A stretch of DNA of 64,000 nt from Eledone cirrhosa (taxonomy: Eukaryota): NCBI GenBank assembly GCA_964016885.1, contig OZ024741.1:397978001-398042000 (forward strand), in the 5' to 3' direction. The notes under the pieces were generated by a model. It searched no databases, had not been told where the DNA came from, and was given only the letters and a program-made list of their open reading frames with translations. This document shows positions 15,001 through 29,600 of this stretch, piece after piece (position 1 is the first letter of the stretch; each line of letters starts with the position of its first letter). The position numbers and the translations under genes are program-made.

Positions 15001-16550
15001 ATTACTTTACAGTTACTTCCCCTGTCACTTCTACTCTCCTCTCACAACCTATTACATTACAGTTACTTCCCCTGTCACTTCTACTCTCCTCTCACAACCT
15101 ATGACTTTACAGTTACTTACCCTGTCACAACCTATTACTTTACAGTTACTTCCCCTGTCACTTGTACTCTCCTCTCACAACCTATTACTATACAGTTACT
15201 TCCCCTGTCACTTCTACTCTCCTCTCACAACCTATTACATTACAGTTACTTCCCCTGTCACAACCTATTACATTACAGTTACTTCCCCTCTCACAACCTA
15301 TTACTTTACAGTTACTTACCCTGTCATTCTACTCTCCTATCACAACCTATTACTTTACAGTTACTTCCCCTGTCACTTCTACTCTCCTATCACAACCTAT
15401 TACTTTACAGTTACTTACCCTGTCACCTCTACTCTCCTGTCACAACCTATTACATTACAGTTACTTCCCCTGTCACTTCTACTCTCCTCTCACAACCTAT
15501 TACTTTACAGTTACTTACCCTGTCACAACCTATTACTTTACAGTTACTTCCCCTGTCACTTCTACTCTCCTCTCACAACCTATTACATTACAGTTACTTA
15601 CCCTGTCACAACCTATTACATTACAGTTACTTCCCCTGTCACTTCTACTCTCCTCTCACAACCTATTACTTTACAGTTACTTCCCCTGTCACTTCTACTC
15701 TCCTCTCACAACCTATTACTTTACAGTTACTTCCCCTGTCACTTCTACTCTCCTCTCACAACATAATAAATTACAGTTAATTCCCCTGTCACTTCTACTC
15801 TCCTCTCACAACCTAATACATTACAGTTACTTCCCCTGTCACTTCTACTCTCCTCTCACAACCTATTACTTTACAGTTACTTCCCCTGTCACTTCTACTC
15901 TCCTCTCACAACCTATTACATTACAGTTACTTCCCCTGTCACAACCTATTACATTACAGTTACTTCCCCTGTCACAACCTATTACATTACAGTTACTTCC
16001 CCTGTCACTTCTACTCTCCTGTCACAACCTATTACATTACAGTTACTTCCCCTGTCACTTCTACTCTCCTCTCACAACCTATTACTTTACAGTTACTTCC
16101 CCTGTCACTTCTACTCTCCTCTCACAACCTATTACATTACAGTTACTTCCCCTGTCACTTCTACTCTCCTCTGACAACCTATTACATTACAGTTACTTCC
16201 CCTGTCACAACCTATTACATTAGAGTTACTTCCCCTGTCACAACCTATTACATTACAGTTACTTACCCTGTCACTTCTACTCTCCTCTCACAACCTATTA
16301 CTTTACAGTTATTTACCCTGTCACTTCTACTCTCCTCTCACAACCTATTACTTTACAGTTACTTCCCCTGTCACTTCTACTCTCCTCTCACAACCTATTA
16401 CTTTACAGTTACTTACCCTGTCACTTCTACTCTCCTCTCACAACCTATTACTTTACAGTTACTTCCCCTGTCACTTCTACTCTCCTCTCACAACCTATTA
16501 CATTACAGTTACTTACCCTGTCACAACCTATTACATTACAGTTACTTACC
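1..16550. repeat. Diverged ~3.5-kb higher-order repeat arranged as a ~7.0-7.2-kb dimer
   Basis: ACCTACT occurs at 159/3649 (+3490). A cassette starting CACTACC followed by CAAGCTA occurs at 2895, 6480, 10084 and 13453. Markers pair at +7189 (2895/10084), +7023 (5159/12182), +6973 (5914/12887, 6632/13605) and +7073 (8028/15101; ORFs 8089/15162). Confidence 0.85.
836..1340. repeat. 233-bp local tandem duplication (4x50 + 1x33)
   Basis: Rare variants recur at +233: TACAATAC at 877/1110 and GTCAATT at 1031/1264, with ACAATTAC and CTCCTGTC between them. Boundaries are approximate. Confidence 0.85.
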
Positions 16551-19500
16551 CTGTCACTTCTACTCTCCTCTCACAACCTATTACTTTACAGTTACTTCCC
16601 CTGTCACTTCTACTCTCCTCTCACAACCTATTACATTACAGTTACTTATCCTGTCACAACCTATTACATTACAGTTACTTACCATGTCACTTCTACTCTC
16701 CTCTCACAACCTATTACTTTACAGTTACTTACCCTGTCACTTCTACTCTCCTCTCACAACCTATTACTTTACAGTTACTTCCCCTGTCACTTCTACTCTC
16801 CTCTCACAACCTATTACATTACAGTTACTTATCCTGTCACGACCTATTACATTACAGTTACTTACCCTGTCACTTCTACTCTCCTCTCACAACCTATTAC
16901 TTTACAGTTACTTACCCTTTCACAACCTATTACTTTACAGTTACTTCCCCTGTCACTTCTACTCTCCTCTCACAACCTATTACTTTACAGTTACTTACCC
17001 TGTCACAACCTATTACATTACAGTTACTTCCCCTGTCACTTCTACTCTCCTCTCACAACCTATTACTTTACAGTTACTTACCCTGTCACAACCTATTACT
17101 TTACAGTTACTTCCCCTGTCACTTCTACTCTACTCTCACAACCTATTACATTACAGTTACTTCCCCTGTCACTTCTACTCTCCTCTCACAACCTATTACA
17201 TTAGAGTTACTTCCCCTGTCACTTCTACTCTCCTCTCACAACCTATTACATTACAGTTACTTCACCTGTCACTTCTACTCTCCTCTCACAACCTATTACT
17301 TTACAGTTAGTTACCCTCTCACAACCTATTACATTACGGTTACTTCCCCTGTCACTTCTACTCTCCTCTCACAACCTATTACTTTACAGTTACTTCCCCT
17401 GTCACTTCTACTCTCCTCTCACTACCTATTACTTTACAGTTACTTACCCTGTCACAACCTATTACATTACAGTTAATTCCCCTGTCACTTCTACTCACCT
17501 CTCACAACCTATTACTTTACAGTTACTTCCCCTGTCACTTCTACTCTCCTCTCACAACCTATTACTTTACAGTTACTTCCCCTGTCACTTCTATTCTCCT
17601 CTCACAACCTAATAAATTACAGTTACTTCCCCTGTCACTTCTACTCTCCTCTCACAACCTAATACATTACAGTTACTTACCCTGTCACTTCTACTCTCCT
17701 CTCACAACCTATTACTTTACAGTTACTTCCCCTGTCACTTCTACTCTCCTCTCACAACCTATTACATTACAGTTACTTCCCCTGTCACAACCTATTACAT
17801 TACAGTTACTTCCCCTGTCACAACCTATTACATTACAGTTACTTCCCCTGTCACTTCTACTCTCCTGTCACAACCTATTACATTACAGTTACTTCCCTTG
17901 TCACTTCTACTCTCCTCTCACAACCTATTTCTTTACAGTTACTTCCCCTGTCACTTCTACTCTCCTCTCACAACCTATTACTTTACAGTTACTTCCCCTG
18001 TCACTTCTACTCTCCTCTCACAACCTATTACTTTACAGTTACTTACCCTGTCACAACCTATTACTTTACAGTTACTTCCCCTGTCACTTCTACTCTCCTC
18101 TCACAACCTATTACTTTACAGTTACTTCCCCTGTCACTTCTACTCTCCTCTCACAACCTATTACATTACAGTTACTTCCCCTGTCACAACCTATTACATT
18201 ACAGTTACTTCCCCTCTCACAACCTATTACTTTACAGTTACTTACCCTGTCACTTCTACTCTCCTATCACAACCTATTACTTTACAGTTACTTCCCCTGT
18301 CACAACCTATTACTTTACAGTTACTTCCCCTGTCACTTCTACTCTCCTCTCACAACCTATTACATTACAGTTACTTCCCCTGTCACTTCTACTCTCCTCT
18401 CACAACCTATTATTTACAGTTACTTACCCTGTCACAACCTATTACTTTACAGTTACTTCCCCTGTCACTTCTACTCTCCTCTCACAACCTATTACTTTAC
18501 AGTTACTTACCCTGTCACAACCTATTACTTTACAGTTACTTCCCCTGTCACTTCTACTCTCCTCTCACAACCTATTACATTACAATTACTTCCCCTGTCA
18601 CTGCTACTCTCCTCTCACAACCTAATACATTACAGTTACTTACCCTGTCACAACCTATTACATTACAGTTACTTCCCCTGTCAATTCTACTCTCCTGTCA
18701 CAACCTATTACTTTACAGTTACTTACCCTGTCACAACCTATTACATTACAGTTACTTCCCCTGTCACTTCTACTCTCCTATCACAACCTATTACTTTACA
18801 GTTACTTCCCCTGTCACTTCTACTCTCCTCTCACTACCTTTTACATTACAGTTACTTCCCCTGTCACTTCTACTCTCCTCTCACAACCTATTACTTTACA
18901 GTTACTTCCCCTGTCACTTCTACTCTCCTCTCACAACCTATTACATTACAGTTACTTCCCCTGTCACTTCTACTCTCCTCTCACAAGCTATTACTTTACA
19001 GTTACTTCCCCTGTCACTTCTACTCTCCTATCACAACCTATTACTTTACAGTTATATCCCCTGTCACTTCTACTCTCCTCTCACAACCTATTACATTACA
19101 GTTACTTCCCCTGTCACTTCTACTCTCCTCTCACAACCTATTACATTACAGTTACTTCCCCTGTCACTTCTACTCTCCTCTCACAACCTATTACATTACA
19201 GTTACTTCCCCTGTCACTTCTACTCTCCTCTCACAACCTATTACATTACAGTTACTTCCCCTGTCACTTCTACTCTCCTCTCACAACCAATTACATTACA
19301 GTTACTTCCCCTGTCACAACCTATTACATTACAGTTACTTCCCCTGTCACTTCTACCCTCCTCTCACAACCTATTACTTTACAGTTACTTACCCTGTCAC
19401 AGCCTATTACATTACAGTTACTTCCCCTGTCACTTCTACTCTCCTCTCACAACCTATTACTTTACAGTTAATTACCCTGTCACAACCTATTACATTACAG

Positions 19501-22500
19501 TTACTTCCCCTGTCACTTCTACTCTCCTCTCACAACCTATTACTTTACAGTTACTTACCCTGTCACAGCCTATTACATTACAGTTACTTCCCCTGTCACT
19601 TCTACTCTCCTCTTACAACATTACATTACAGTTACTTCCCCTGTCACTTCTACTCTCCTCTCACAACCTATTACAATACAGTTACTTACCCTGTCACAAC
19701 CTATTACATTACAGTTACTTCCCCTGTCACTTCTACTCTCCTCTCACAACCTATTACATTACAGTTACTTCCCCTGTCACTTCTACTCTCCTGTCACAAC
19801 CTATTACTTTACAGTTACTTCCCCTGTCACTTCTACTCTCCTCTCACAACCTATTACTTTACAGTTACTTCCCCTGTCACTTCTACTCTCCTCTCACAAC
19901 CTATTACATTACAGTTACTTCCCCTGTCACTTCTACTCTCCTCTCACAACCTATTACTTTACAGTTACTTCCCCTGTCACTTCTACTCTCCTCTCACAAC
20001 CTATTACTTTACAGTTACTTACCCTGTCACAGCCTATTACATTACAGTTACTTCCCCTGTCACTTCTACTCTCCTCTCACAACATTACATTACAGTTACT
20101 TCCCCTGTCACTTCTACTCTCCTCTCACAACCTATTACAATACAGTTACTTCCCCTGTCACAACCTATTACATTACAGTTACTTCCCCTGTCACTTCTAC
20201 TCTCCTCTCACAACCTATTACATTACAGTTACTTCCCCTGTCACTTCTACTCTCCTCTCACAACCTATTATTTTACAGTTACTTACCCTGTCACAACCTA
20301 TTACTTTACAGTTACTTCCCCTGTCACTTCTACTCTCCTCTCACAACCTTTTACTTTACAGTTACTTACCCTGTCACAACCTATTACTTTACAGTTACTT
20401 CCCCTGTCACTTCTACTCTCCTCTCACAACCTATTACATTACAGTTACTTCCCCTGTCACTTCTACTCTCCTCTCACAACCTATGACTTTACAGTTACTT
20501 ACCCTGTCACAACCTATTACTTTACAGTTACTTCCCCTGTCACTTGTACTCTCCTCTCACAACCTATTACTATACAGTTACTTCCCCTGTCACTTCTACT
20601 CTCCTCTCACAACCTATTACATTACAGTTACTTCCCCTGTCACAACCTATTACATTACAGTTACTTCCCCTCTCACAACCTATTACTTTACAGTTACTTA
20701 CCCTGTCATTCTACTCTCCTATCACAACCTATTACTTTACAGTTACTTCCCCTGTCACTTCTACTCTCCTATCACAACCTATTACTTTACAGTTACTTAC
20801 CCTGTCACCTCTACTCTCCTGTCACAACCTATTACATTACAGTTACTTCCCCTGTCACTTCTACTCTCCTCTCACAACCTATTACTTTACAGTTACTTAC
20901 CCTGTCACAACCTATTACTTTACAGTTACTTCCCCTGTCACTTCTACTCTCCTCTCACAACCTATTACATTACAGTTACTTACCCTGTCACAACCTATTA
21001 CATTACAGTTACTTCCCCTGTCACTTCTACTCTCCTCTCACAACCTATTACTTTACAGTTACTTCCCCTGTCACTTCTACTCTCCTCTCACAACCTATTA
21101 CTTTACAGTTACTTCCCCTGTCACTTCTACTCTCCTCTCACAACATAATAAATTACAGTTAATTCCCCTGTCACTTCTACTCTCCTCTCACAACCTAATA
21201 CATTACAGTTACTTCCCCTGTCACTTCTACTCTCCTCTCACAACCTATTACTTTACAGTTACTTCCCCTGTCACTTCTACTCTCCTCTCACAACCTATTA
21301 CATTACAGTTACTTCCCCTGTCACAACCTATTACATTACAGTTACTTCCCCTGTCACAACCTATTACATTACAGTTACTTCCCCTGTCACTTCTACTCTC
21401 CTGTCACAACCTATTACATTACAGTTACTTCCCCTGTCACTTCTACTCTCCTCTCACAACCTATTACTTTACAGTTACTTCCCCTGTCACTTCTACTCTC
21501 CTCTCACAACCTATTACATTACAGTTACTTCCCCTGTCACTTCTACTCTCCTCTGACAACCTATTACATTACAGTTACTTCCCCTGTCACAACCTATTAC
21601 ATTAGAGTTACTTCCCCTGTCACAACCTATTACATTACAGTTACTTACCCTGTCACTTCTACTCTCCTCTCACAACCTATTACTTTACAGTTATTTACCC
21701 TGTCACTTCTACTCTCCTCTCACAACCTATTACTTTACAGTTACTTCCCCTGTCACTTCTACTCTCCTCTCACAACCTATTACTTTACAGTTACTTACCC
21801 TGTCACTTCTACTCTCCTCTCACAACCTATTACTTTACAGTTACTTCCCCTGTCACTTCTACTCTCCTCTCACAACCTATTACATTACAGTTACTTACCC
21901 TGTCACAACCTATTACATTACAGTTACTTACCCTGTCACTTCTACTCTCCTCTCACAACCTATTACTTTACAGTTACTTCCCCTGTCACTTCTACTCTCC
22001 TCTCACAACCTATTACATTACAGTTACTTATCCTGTCACAACCTATTACATTACAGTTACTTACCATGTCACTTCTACTCTCCTCTCACAACCTATTACT
22101 TTACAGTTACTTACCCTGTCACTTCTACTCTCCTCTCACAACCTATTACTTTACAGTTACTTCCCCTGTCACTTCTACTCTCCTCTCACAACCTATTACA
22201 TTACAGTTACTTATCCTGTCACGACCTATTACATTACAGTTACTTACCCTGTCACTTCTACTCTCCTCTCACAACCTATTACTTTACAGTTACTTACCCT
22301 TTCACAACCTATTACTTTACAGTTACTTCCCCTGTCACTTCTACTCTCCTCTCACAACCTATTACTTTACAGTTACTTACCCTGTCACAACCTATTACAT
22401 TACAGTTACTTCCCCTGTCACTTCTACTCTCCTCTCACAACCTATTACTTTACAGTTACTTACCCTGTCACAACCTATTACTTTACAGTTACTTCCCCTG

Positions 22501-23685
22501 TCACTTCTACTCTACTCTCACAACCTATTACATTACAGTTACTTCCCCTGTCACTTCTACTCTCCTCTCACAACCTATTACATTAGAGTTACTTCCCCTG
22601 TCACTTCTACTCTCCTCTCACAACCTATTACATTACAGTTACTTCACCTGTCACTTCTACTCTCCTCTCACAACCTATTACTTTACAGTTAGTTACCCTC
22701 TCACAACCTATTACATTACGGTTACTTCCCCTGTCACTTCTACTCTCCTCTCACAACCTATTACTTTACAGTTACTTCCCCTGTCACTTCTACTCTCCTC
22801 TCACTACCTATTACTTTACAGTTACTTACCCTGTCACAACCTATTACATTACAGTTAATTCCCCTGTCACTTCTACTCACCTCTCACAACCTATTACTTT
22901 ACAGTTACTTCCCCTGTCACTTCTACTCTCCTCTCACAACCTATTACTTTACAGTTACTTCCCCTGTCACTTCTATTCTCCTCTCACAACCTAATAAATT
23001 ACAGTTACTTCCCCTGTCACTTCTACTCTCCTCTCACAACCTAATACATTACAGTTACTTACCCTGTCACTTCTACTCTCCTCTCACAACCTATTACTTT
23101 ACAGTTACTTCCCCTGTCACTTCTACTCTCCTCTCACAACCTATTACATTACAGTTACTTCCCCTGTCACAACCTATTACATTACAGTTACTTCCCCTGT
23201 CACAACCTATTACATTACAGTTACTTCCCCTGTCACTTCTACTCTCCTGTCACAACCTATTACATTACAGTTACTTCCCTTGTCACTTCTACTCTCCTCT
23301 CACAACCTATTTCTTTACAGTTACTTCCCCTGTCACTTCTACTCTCCTCTCACAACCTATTACTTTACAGTTACTTCCCCTGTCACTTCTACTCTCCTCT
23401 CACAACCTATTACTTTACAGTTACTTACCCTGTCACAACCTATTACTTTACAGTTACTTCCCCTGTCACTTCTACTCTCCTCTCACAACCTATTACTTTA
23501 CAGTTACTTCCCCTGTCACTTCTACTCTCCTCTCACAACCTATTACATTACAGTTACTTCCCCTGTCACAACCTATTACATTACAGTTACTTCCCCTCTC
23601 ACAACCTATTACTTTACAGTTACTTACCCTGTCACTTCTACTCTCCTATCACAACCTATTACTTTACAGTTACTTCCCCTGTCAC
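12913..23685. repeat. Near-perfect tandem duplication, period 5382 bp (2 copies)
   Basis: ORFs with identical translations lie at 15101/20483, 15162/20544 and 16684/22066, and a shared start lies at 17898/23280 (all +5382). The 1-bp deletion TATTATTTAC is at ~13030/18412. Identity breaks at 12912/18294 and ~18304/23686. Confidence 0.93.
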
Positions 23686-26600
23686 TTCTACTCTCCTATC
23701 ACAACCTATTACTTTACAGTTACTTACCCTGTCACTTCTACTCTCCTGTCACAACCTATTACATTACAGTTACTTCCCTGTCACTTCTACTCTCCTCTCA
23801 CAACCTATTACTTTACAGTTACTTACCCTGTCACAACCTATTACATTACAGTTACTTCCCCTGTCACTTCTACTCTCCTCTCACAACCTATTACTTTACA
23901 GTTACTTACCCTGTCACAATCTATTACTTTACAGTTACTTCCCCTGTCACTTCTACTCTCCTCTCACAACCTATTACATTAGAGTTACTTCCCCTGTCAC
24001 TTCTACTCTCCTCTCACAACCTATTACATTAAAGTTACTTCCCCTGTCACTTCTACTCTCCTCTCACAACCTATTACTTTACAGTTACTTACCGTCTCAC
24101 AACCTATTACATTACAGTTACTTCCCCTGTCACTTCTACTCTCCTCTCACAACCTATTACTTTACAGTTACTTACCCTGTCACAACCTATTACTTTACAG
24201 TTACTTCCCCTGTCACTTCTACTCTCCTCTCACAACCTATTACATTACAGTTACTTCCCCTGTCACTTCTACTCTCCTCTCACAACCTATTACATTAGAG
24301 TTACTTCCCCTGTCACTTCTACTCTCCTCTCACAAACTATTACATTACAGTTACTTCCCCTGTCACTTCTACTCTCCTCTCACAACCTATTACTTTACAG
24401 TTACTTACGCTCTCACAACCAATTACATTACAGTTACTTCCCCTGTCACTTCTACTCTCCTCTCACAACCTATTACTTTACAGTTACTTCCCCTGTCACT
24501 TCTACTCTCCTCTCACAACCTATTACATTACAGTTACTTACCCTGTCACAACCTATTACATTACAGTTACTTCCCCTGTCACTTCTACTCTCCTCTCACA
24601 ACCTATTACTTTACAGTTACTTCCCCTGTCACTTCTACTCTCCTCTCACAACCTATTACTTTACAGTTACTTCCCCTGTCACTTCTACTCTCCTCTCACA
24701 ACATAATAAATTACAGTTACTTCCCCTGTCACTTCTACTCTCCTCTCACAACCTAATACATTACAGTTACTTCCCCTGTCACTTCTACTCTCCTCTCACA
24801 ACCTATTACTTTACAGTTACTTCCCCTGTCACTTCTACTCTCCTCTCACAACCTATTACATTACAGTTACTTCCCCTGTCACAACCTATTACATTACAGT
24901 TACTTCCCCTGTCACTTCTACTCTCCTCTCACAACCTATTACTTTACAGTTACTTCCCCTGTCACTTCTACTCTCCTCTCACAACCTATTACATTACAGT
25001 TACTTCCCCTGTCACTTCTACTCTCCTCTCACAACCTATTACATTACAGTTACTTCCCCTGTCACAACCTATTACATTACAGTTACTTCCCCTGTCACAA
25101 CCTATTACATTACAGTTACTTACCCTGTCACTTCTACTCTCCTCTCACAACCTATTACTTTACAGTTATTTACCCTGTCACTTCTACTCTCCTCTCACAA
25201 CCTATTACTTTACAGTTACTTACCCTGTCACTTCTACTCTCCTCTCACAACCTATTACATTACAGTTACTTACCCTGTCACAACCTATTACATTACATTT
25301 ACTTACCCTGTCACTTCTACTCTCGCCTCACAACCTATTACTTTACAGTTACTTCCCCTGTCACTTCTACTCTCCTCTCACAACCTATTACTTTACAGTT
25401 ACTTCCCCTGTCACTTCTACTCTCCTCTCACAACCTATTACATTACAGTTACATACCCTGTCACAACCTATTACATTACAGTTACTTACCCTGTCACTTC
25501 TACTCTCCTCTCACAACCAATTACTTTACAGTTACTTACCCTGTCACAACCTATTACTTTACAGTTACTTCCCCTGTCACTTCTACTCTCCTCTCACAAC
25601 CTATTACATTACAGTTACTTACCCTGTCACAACCTATTACTTTACAGTTACTTCCCCTGTCACTTCTACTCTCCTCTCACAACCTATTACTTTACAGTTA
25701 CTTACCCTGTCACAACCTATTACTTTACAGTTACTTCCCCTGTCACTTCTACTCTCCTCTCACAACCTATTACATTACAGTTACTTACCCTGTCACAACC
25801 TATTACTTTACAGTTACTTCCCCTGTCACTTCTACTCTCCTCTCACAACCTATTACATTACAGTTACTTACCCTGTCACAACCTATTACATTACAGTTAC
25901 TTACCCTGTCACTTCTACTCTCCTCTCACAACCTATTACTTTACAGTTACTTACCCTGTCACAACCTATTACTTTACAGTTACTTCCCCTGTCACTTCTA
26001 CTCTCCTCTCACAACCTATTACATTACAGTTACTTACCCTGTCACTTCTACTCTCCTCTCACAACCTATTTACAGTTACTTACCCTGTCACAACCTATTA
26101 CATTACAGTTACTTCCCCTGTCAATTCTACTCTCCTCTCACAACCTATTACTTTACAGTTACTTCCCCTGTCACTTCTACTCTCCTCTCGCAACCCATTA
26201 CATTACAGTTACTTCCCCTGTCACTTCTACTCTTCTCTCACAACCTATTACTTTACAGTTACTTCCCCTGTCACTTCTACTCTCCTCTCACAACCTATTA
26301 CATTACAGTTACTTCCCCTGTCACTTCTACTCTCCTCTCACAACCTATTACATTACAGTTACTTCCCCTGTCAATTCTACTCTCCTCTCACAACCTATTA
26401 CTTTACAGTTACTTCCCCTGTCACTTCTACTCTCCTCTCACAACCTATTACATTACAGTTACTTCCCCAGTCACTTCTACGCTCCTCTCACAACCTATTA
26501 CTTTACAGTTACTTACCCTGTCACAACCTACTACTTTACAGTTACTTACCCTGTCACTTCTACTCTCCTCTCACCACCTATTACATTACAGTTACTTCCC

Positions 26601-29600
26601 CTGTCACTTCTACTCTCCTCTCACAACCTATTACATTAGAGTTACTTCCCCTGTCACTTCTACTCTCCTCTCACAACCTATTACATTACAGTTGCTTCCC
26701 CTGTCACTTCTACTCTCCTCTCACAACCTATTATTTTACAGTTACTTACCCTCTCACAACCTATTACATTACAGTTACTTCCCCTGTCACTTCTACTCTC
26801 CTCTGACAACCTATTACTTTAGAGTTACTTCCCCTGTCACTTCTACTCTCCTCTCACAACCTATTACATTACAGTTATTTACCCTGTCACAACCTATTAC
26901 CTTACAGTTACTTTCCCTGTCACTTCTACTCTCCTCTCACAACCTATTACTTTAGAGTTACTTCCCCTGTCACTTCTACTCTCCTCTCACAACCTATTAC
27001 TTTACAGTTACTTCCCCTGTCACTTCTACTCTCCTCTCACAACCTATAACATTACAGTTGCTTCCCCTGTCACTTCTACTCTCCTCTCACAACCTATTAC
27101 TTTACAGTTACTTACCCTCTCACAACCTATTACATTACAGTTACTTCCCCTGTCACTTCTACTCTCCTCTCACAACCTATTACTTTAGAGTTACTTCCCC
27201 TGTCACTTATACTCTCCTCTCACAACCTATTACATTACAGTTACTTCCCCTGTCACAACCTATTACATTACAGTTACTTCCCCTGTCACTTCTACTCTTC
27301 TCTCACAACCTATTACTTTACAGTTACTTACCCTGTCACAACCTATTACTTTACAGTTACTTCCCCTGTCACTTCTACTCTCCTCTCACAACCTATTACT
27401 TTACAGTTACTTACCCTGTCACAACCTATTACTTTACAGTTACTTCCCCTGTCACTTCTACTCTCCTCTCACAACCTATTACATTACAGTTACTTCCCCT
27501 GTCACTTCTACTCTCCTCTCACAACCTATTACTTTACAGTTACTTACCCTGTCACAACCTATTACTTTACAGTTACTTCCCCTGTCACTTCTACTCTCCT
27601 CTCACAACCTATTACTTTACAGTTACTTCCCCTGTCACTTCTACTCTCCTCTCACAACCTATTACATTACAGTTACTTCCCCTGTCACAACCTATTACAT
27701 TACAGTTACTTCCCCTCTCACAACCTATTACTTTACAGTTACTTACCCTGTCACTTCTACCCTCCTATCACAACCTATTACTTTACAGTTACTTCCCCTG
27801 TCACTTCTACTCTCCTATCACAACCTATTACTTTACAGTTACTTACCCTGTCACTTCTACTCTCCTGTCACAACCTATTACATTACAGTTACTTCCCTGT
27901 CACTTCTACTCTCCTCTCACAACCTATTACTTTACAGTTACTTACCCTGTCACAACCTATTACATTACAGTTACTTCCCCTGTCACTTCTACTCTCCTCT
28001 CACAACCTATTACTTTACAGTTACTTCCCCTGTCACTTCTACTCTCCTCTCACAACCTATTACATTACAGTTACTTCCCCTGTCACTTCTACTCTCCTCT
28101 CACAACCTATTACATTAGAGTTACTTCCCCTGTCACTTCTACTCTCCTCTCACAACCTATTACATTACAGTTACTTCCCCTGTCACTTCTACTCTCCTCT
28201 CACAACCTATTACTTTACAGTTACTTACCCTCTCACAACCAATTACATTACAGTTACTTCCCCTGTCACTTCTACTCTCCTCTCACAACCTATTACTTTA
28301 CAGTTACTTCCCCTGTCACTTCTACTCTCCTCTCACAACATATTACATTACAGTTACTTACCCTGTCACAACCTATTACATTACAGTTACTTCCCCTGTC
28401 ACTTCTACTCTCCTCTCACAACCTATTACTTTACAGTTACTTCCCCTGTCACTTCTACTCTCCTCTCACAACATAATAAATTACAGTTACTTCCCCTGAC
28501 ACTTCTACTCTCCTCTCACAACCTAATACATTACAGTTACTTCCCCTGTCACTTCTACTCTCCTCTCACAACCTATTACTTTACAGTTACTTCCCCTGTC
28601 ACTTCTACTCTCCTCTCACAACCTATTACATTACAGTTACTTCCCCTGTCACAACCTATTACATTACAGTTACTTCCCCTGTCACAACCTATTACATTAC
28701 AGTTACTTCCCCTGTCACTTCTACTCTCCTGTCACAACCTATTACATTACAGTTACTTCCCCTGTCACTTCTACTCTCCTCTCACAACCTATTACTTTAC
28801 AGTTACTTCCCCTGTCACTTCTACTCTCCTCTCACAACCTATTACTTTACAGTTACTTCCCCTGTCACTTCTACTCTCCTCTCACAACCTATTACATTAC
28901 AGTTACTTCCCCTGTCACTTCTACTCTCCTCTCACAACCTATTACATTACAGTTACTTCCCCTGTCACAACCTATTACATTACAGTTACTTCTCCTGTCA
29001 CAACCTATTACATTACAGTTACTTACCCTGTCACTTCTACTCTCCTCTCACAACCTATTACTTTACAGTTATTTACCCTGTCACTTCTACTCTCCTCTCA
29101 CAACCTATTACTTTACAGTTACTTACCCTGTCACTTCTACTCTCCTCTCACAACCTATTACTTTACAGTTACTTCCCCTGTCACTTCTACTCTCCTCTCA
29201 CAACCTATTACATTACAGTTACTTACCCTGTCACAACCTATTACATTACAGTTACTTACCCTGTCACTTCTACTCTCCTCTCACAACCTATTACTTTACA
29301 GTTACTTCCCCTGTCACTTCTACTCTCCTCTCACAACCTATTACTTTACAGTTACTTCCCCTGTCACTTCTACTCTCCTCTCACAACCTATTACATTACA
29401 GTTACATACCCTGTCACAACCTATTACATTACAGTTACTTACCCTGTCACTTCTACTCTCCTCTCACAACCTATTACTTTACAGTTACTTACCCTGTCAC
29501 AGCCTATTACATTACAGTTACTTCCCCTGTCACTTCTACTCTCCTCTCACAACCTATTACTTTACAGTTACCTCCCCTGTCACTTCCACTCTCCTCTCAC

